Origin: Selaginella moellendorffii
Taxonomy: Eukaryota > Plantae > Lycopodiophyta
NCBI RefSeq assembly: GCF_000143415.4
Contig: NW_003314272.1
Span: 117,144-181,143, forward strand
Direction of reading: 5' to 3'
Length of the DNA: 64,000 nucleotides
This document shows, one piece after another, positions 63,314-64,000 of this stretch (the stretch's first letter is position 1; each line of letters opens with the position of its first letter). The translations under genes and the position numbers were made by a program. Below the pieces are notes generated by a model, which had not been told where the DNA came from, ran no database searches, and saw nothing but the letters and a program-made list of their open reading frames with translations.

Positions 63314-64000
63314 CTATCTTCGCATCAAAAGGACAACCGTGTGTGCAGCAATGCTCCGATTCTCACCGAGGCTGTCAACCTTTTCGTGCGTTTTGGCCTT
63401 GATATTGATTACAGACGGGTGCACTCCGAGAAGACTGCAAAGGTTGGCTCGGATTTCTTCTTTGTGTGGGCTTAACTTTGGCCTTTGCAGGATCAAGGTG
63501 GCGTCGAGGTTTCCCAGCTCGTATCCGGCTTCATGCATGCGCTTCACCTGAAGATCTCTACGTTTACATGGAGGCAAACAGAATGACGACGGGCTTACCG
63601 CTTCTTTCACGAAAACAGAGGAAGCTGCTCCACGCCATCTGGGATCTGTGTCCGGGAAGAGCTGTCCGATATCCGGCAACGAAAGTGCACCTAGGATGGC
63701 GTCCACAACGCAGTGTAGCAACACATCACCTGTGCAGTTCAAAGTTTGAGACAACGAAAATAACAACACCCATGGGTTTAAAAGAACAGGATGACAACTC
63801 TACCATCGGAGTGAGCTTCGCATCCGCGATCGTGAGGAATGTCTATTCCACCAATCGTGAGGGGCAGTCCGGGTTCCAGCCGATGCAAGTCAAAGCCGTG
63901 TCCAACTCGGAAGGGGAGCACAGGTGCACTTATGGAAGCCGTTCTTCCGGTTTCGACTTCCACGGTCGTCGTTGATGCGCAACAAATGGTTCCACGAGCT
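63314..64000 (-). CDS. ISPF: MEcPP synthase (MEP pathway); 5' end beyond the window
   Basis: FRVGHGFDLHRL, AHSDGDVLLHCVVDAILGA, DIGQLFPD, NIKAKTHEKVDSLGE. Confidence 0.97.

Overview
This is eukaryotic land-plant nuclear DNA. Tiny 45-70 nt introns, very tight gene packing and the PPR type suggest a lycophyte such as Selaginella; the organism is inferred, not shown. It has three parts. (1) 1-21.9 kb is a dense gene block: conserved plant unknown, LAG1 ceramide synthase, DEG9 protease, eIF4B-like protein, SAP30/AFR, MAMYB, pectin methylesterase, F-box/LRR, NLP2/Nit1, UBC37, nucleotide-sugar transporter, SMR CDK inhibitor and cpSRP43. (2) 21.9-45.3 kb is a nested Ty3/Gypsy island with two N gaps. 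A decayed chromovirus has its RT split by a 5.66 kb pol-less Gag element, and a family of ~1.8 kb LTRs carrying hexamer arrays is nested inside itself. (3) 45.3-64 kb is a second gene block: XPD, ABC1K1, PLS-PPR, GGPPS, tRNA-Thr(CGT), EMB1273-like, SQD2, SPC25 (with a 55-nt AT-AC U12 intron), an orphan gene and IspF. The most unusual object is the nested element at 24158-29816. It has a tRNA-Arg PBS, an extra Cys-rich ORF upstream of an intact gag, hairpin repeats in the gag leader, no pol, no TSD, and a 5' LTR that begins at the predicted transcription start (U3 missing). Gene names come from recalled motif similarity; no searches were run.
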